DNA of 64,000 nt from Oikopleura dioica (taxonomy: Eukaryota; Animalia; Chordata), in assembly GCA_907165135.1 (NCBI GenBank), contig OU015570.1, positions 2,129,929 to 2,193,928 of the forward strand. The letters run 5' to 3'. Below are positions 60,416 through 64,000 of this stretch, in pieces. How positions within the stretch are numbered: the first letter of the stretch is position 1; every line of letters starts with the position of its first letter. A program made the position numbers and the translations under genes. The notes beneath the pieces were generated by a model, which searched no databases, was not told the DNA's origin, and worked only from the letters and a program-made list of their open reading frames with translations.

Positions 60416-61565
60416 ATTAGAGGCCGTCAAAGTGATTAACATTTTGAAAAATGGCCATTTTAGGTCATTTTCAAATCGTATCTACTTTTTTGGGCTTTGG
60501 GATTCAAAATCTTTTCGTTTATCTAAAAGTATAGACGCTAATCTTTATTTTTGGTAGAATCAGCATGATCGGATAAGTTAAGAAACGCGACGAATGTTTT
60601 TGCACAGTTGGACAGTCACTGGCGATAAACTTGGTGGATAGATACTTCTGCAGGTCGATTTGCACTTTGAGAGGGGCATTAGACCAAAGTGAGGGGTTGA
60701 ATTTTGAGGCAGTTTTTGGATTTTTTAATTATTCTAATAAGTTCTTTCTGGTTTCATAAGAATAATCATTCTTCCGTTATAAGAGGGCCTCCAGAGGCTG
60801 CTTCGTTTTTAACCAATCAGAGCGCACCTAGCTTTCTCACGGCGATTCATAACAAACTGCTAGAATTAAAACTACCAGCACAAGAAAACGGTGAATTTTT
60901 AGAGAAACTTTCAAAAAGAAAAACGATTTTTTATTTTATCGCTATCATAATTTGGCAACGCGAAGTTCGTGCTGCCACTAGAAGTATGAAAAACCGAGAG
61001 AAATCGGCGACTCCGATGGTGAATCGGAATATTAATATCATCATTTTTTCGCCGTATTCGAAAACCTAAACTTTATAAAAAGTCAATTCTTAATACAATA
61101 AGGATTTGGATTTTGAAAAATAAGGTCCTCCAATCGTGCGGAACCCTAGACTAAGCTACTATAGCTCTATACTATAGACTCTATAAGATTTGTGGAGAAT
61201 TGAATGGGCTTTTCAATGATATGATTATCGTGATCTGATTGTTCTTAGTAAAGAAACTGATGCAGTTTAAAGTTTTACTTCTCTTTTTCTTAATTTATGA
61301 GTCTTTTATCTATGCTAGTGAAAAATAAAGAACATGAGAAGAAAGCTGAGAGACTGTAGATATCCTTTCCAAAAAATTTTTGAAATATCGTATTTTTATC
61401 AGATACTTCTTGCGCCTGAAGTTCAGGCGCGCGCTGCTTGGCCAGGTCCCTTAATCTTTGCATTAATAATTTTGTATATAGTGTTTTCAAAGACAGTCTC
61501 AAGCCAAAAACTGAAGAAATCGAAACAATTGCCTCGTATGAATTTACTGAAGAACAAGCTAAATA

Positions 61566-61975
61566 CAGTTATTTATGGAATTTGTGGACATTTTTTGTCC
61601 CCTAGTTTTCTGAAAAATGTCCACAAATTTGATAAAGAGCCTCGAAAAAAATTTCCCAACGAACTTGTTTAAATTTTTTCCTAGAAAGAAAATTTGATGA
61701 TTTTTCTCAAAAAATAATGAGAAAAAGAATACAAGATTGAATCTAAAGACGTAAATCTAAACAAAAATTAAGATTTTTGACGAAAAACAGTTCTTTGCAA
61801 ATAAAATTGGCTTCAATTACGAAAGTAAGACCATAAATTTAGAAGTAAAAGATATCAATTGAGAAAAAATGTCCACAAAGTTGATACCCTCTTTTTTTGA
61901 ATATGTCCCAAGAAAACCCCTTATAATCTGAAAAATGTCCACAAATTTGATGTCCACAAATTCCATAAAAAACTG
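61566..61975. mobile_element. Tc1/mariner-type MITE (410 bp), copy 2
   Basis: Near-identical to 10405-10812, TA TSD. Confidence 0.92.
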
Positions 61976-63639
61976 TATGGGGACACCCTTGTTCTTCGAA
62001 AATTGGATGATGATACCCTTATTTTTTATACAGAAGAGAACCTTGAGGTGTGCACTGACTTGGAAGCGCTTCTGATAGGTACATTTTTGAATGATATATG
62101 ATAAAAGCAGTATAATTACCTTTTCAAACTGAATGTTGTTGCATTGCTTCATCAAATGTCCGCAGTAGTCCATTGTTCCAATTTGAACGCATTTCTTCTT
62201 CGGCAGTCTGTAATTGATAATTAGCTGAATTATAATTTGTCCATGATTAAATAAGTTTGTCTAGATGGATCTTTATGGAGTCTTTGGAAGGGCAAATTTG
62301 AGCAATGCCTCTTCCTTCAAGGACGTCTCAAGAACAAGTTTGGTGTCACTCTCAATACATTGCTCTTTGCCTGTTTACATACTGGAAAGAAGATGGAGGA
62401 TTATCAAGAGTTATTTAAAAAATTAAAGGTTATTTTTAAGGATGTCACGGGTCAAGAATTAAGCGCATCTCGCTTAGTTACTGATCAAGAATGTGGGCTT
62501 AAAGGAGCAGCTGAGAACGTGTTTTTCAATGAAAAATTTGGCAAGTTTTGCTATTTTCATTATGTTCAAAACAGAAAGAAGGATTTTGCGAAATTCAAAA
62601 AGGAACTTTAATCCTCAGGTTTACTTTTGCGGTATTTCTTCGTTATTCACCTTCTTCCCCTTCTTCCTGATACCATATCAGTAAATTTTATTGAATGGTT
62701 GAGAAATGACCTAGCTAAATCCAAGGATTGTGTATTCTTTGAATATACAAAAATTGATAAAGACCACATGAAATTGATCGACGCAGAAAATCTAACCATG
62801 AAACTTGTACTCGATAAAAAACTCGAAACACTCGAGAACCGGTTCAGATCTCATGCAGGATCTCTTTCTTGGTATCAAGAACTCGTTGATGCCAAAAGAC
62901 TCTTTGTGGATCGCACATCCAATACAGTAGTTTGGAGCGATCTAATCGTGAATTTAGAGATCTATTCCGAAAGAGCTCCAACAAAAGAGTGGTTGATAGG
63001 ATTCAGCTTATAAAGGTTATGATGTTCGAGAAAAACTTGGCGTTTCTTATTGATTTGATCGCAGAGAAAAGGCTCGTCCTCAATCTCGATCTACGGAATT
63101 ATCCGCGAAATCAACTCAGAGGCTCCTTAAATTGGTCCATGATCAGGCTCAATCATCCTTTGACTATCCCGAAATTTTTGAAATTCTCGGTAATGCCTTC
63201 CAGAAATCTGACCTTTAAAATCTTTCTACCTTTTCTATTTTTCTACTTTTAACATTTATTTTATATTTTATGAAGCATAAAAAAACAAAAAAAACAATAA
63301 AGATCATTTATCTGAACTGTAGTTAACATCTTTGTCCAGCATCAGCAAATCGCAAAGACCAGAATTCGAATCAAGAGCTGAATTCTGGCCCCTGGTGCCA
63401 GACTTGAGAAAATAAGGCGAATTCTGGTTCGGGGGACCAGAATTAAACTCTTGAACGAATTCTGGTTCGGGGGACCAGAATTCAGATTTTGGTCGAATTC
63501 TGGCTCGGGGACCAGACTAATTGCAACCCTCCTGCAAGGCTACTCTCGAACGTCTTACCAGGTGGGAAGGCTTTTCTAATCAGCTTCTAATCACTTTTGT
63601 GCTTTTTTCCTCGTCAAAAAACACCCAAAAAAGGTGTCA

Positions 63640-64000
63640 AAGAGACTCATTTCGAAAAATCGGCTAGTGCAGTTTTTCATAGCTTGTCTTGATGCATATT
63701 TCCAGCAAGTTTGGTTAGATTCGGCCAGAGAACCTGGAAAATAGAAAAAGGTGCGGGAAGCCTAATTATAATCTATTTTGATGATTCGATTTGCATTGAT
63801 TCTTCCTTTGAAGACCACCTTAAGACACTTGAGTTTATTTTCAAAACTTGCTACGATTATGGTCTTCTCCTGTCTGCAAAGAAATGCAATCTATGTATGA
63901 GCGAAACCGACTCTTAAGGCCATAAAATTTCAGCCAGCGCCTACCCATAAATACCAAGAGGTTATTAAAAAGCTTGAGCCGCCAAGAAACAGAAATGAGC
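63640..64000 (+). pseudogene. pol: RT remnant of element C (continues past the window)
   Basis: IIIYFDDSICIDSSFEDHLKTLEFIF..LLLSAKKC with stops. Confidence 0.8.

Larger units (their letters stand above)
56112..61450 (-). mobile_element. Putatively autonomous TTAA-flanked DNA transposon (GGGACC termini)
   Basis: TTAA TSD, ~270-bp near-perfect plus ~100-bp looser TIRs, internal transposase gene. Confidence 0.9.
55413..62700 (+). pseudogene. MULE transposase gene, split
   Basis: N-terminal CEDSRC...HSC zinc finger (55413-55850). Catalytic region LDGSL..LFACL..VTDQECGLKGAAENVF..FCYFHYVQN (62270-62600). Small GT-AG introns. Confidence 0.8.
55074..63532 (+). mobile_element. Mutator-like (MULE) transposon with nested insertions
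   Basis: ~180-bp TIRs built from CTGGTCCCCCGAACCAGAATTC sub-repeats, TSD TCCAAGGC/TGCAAGGC. Confidence 0.85.

Overview
Eukaryotic, AT-rich, almost wholly transposon-derived DNA: a deeply nested TE cluster. The host looks like an Oikopleura-type appendicularian (inference from 41-42 nt GT-AG introns and Tor-like env-bearing Ty3/gypsy elements). Main contents: (1) a minus-strand env-bearing LTR retroelement, 389-18582, with gag-pol-env, a long post-env region holding a spliced SGNH-hydrolase-like gene and an antisense TM microprotein gene, and ~14 GGAGG-NNN-CCTCC palindromes seen only inside it; (2) a nested 2.2-kb gag-only LTR element with seven CCAG-N8-CTGG sites; (3) a Penelope-like element with an inverted terminal repeat, next to an ADP/ATP-carrier pseudogene; (4) a two-subfamily 57-bp minisatellite; (5) a 16.3-kb LTR element (LTRs 225/226 identical, TSD AGGC) that is a chimera of a SAP-domain gag, a second element's gag-pol and a paramyxovirus-F-like env; (6) a MULE containing a TTAA-flanked DNA transposon with an apparently intact four-exon DDE transposase; (7) an older gypsy element hosting (5) and (6); (8) many Tc1/mariner, hAT, piggyBac, Harbinger, MULE and Kolobok-like MITEs. 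No rRNA, canonical tRNA or CRISPR array. All family assignments come from motifs read by eye, without database searches.
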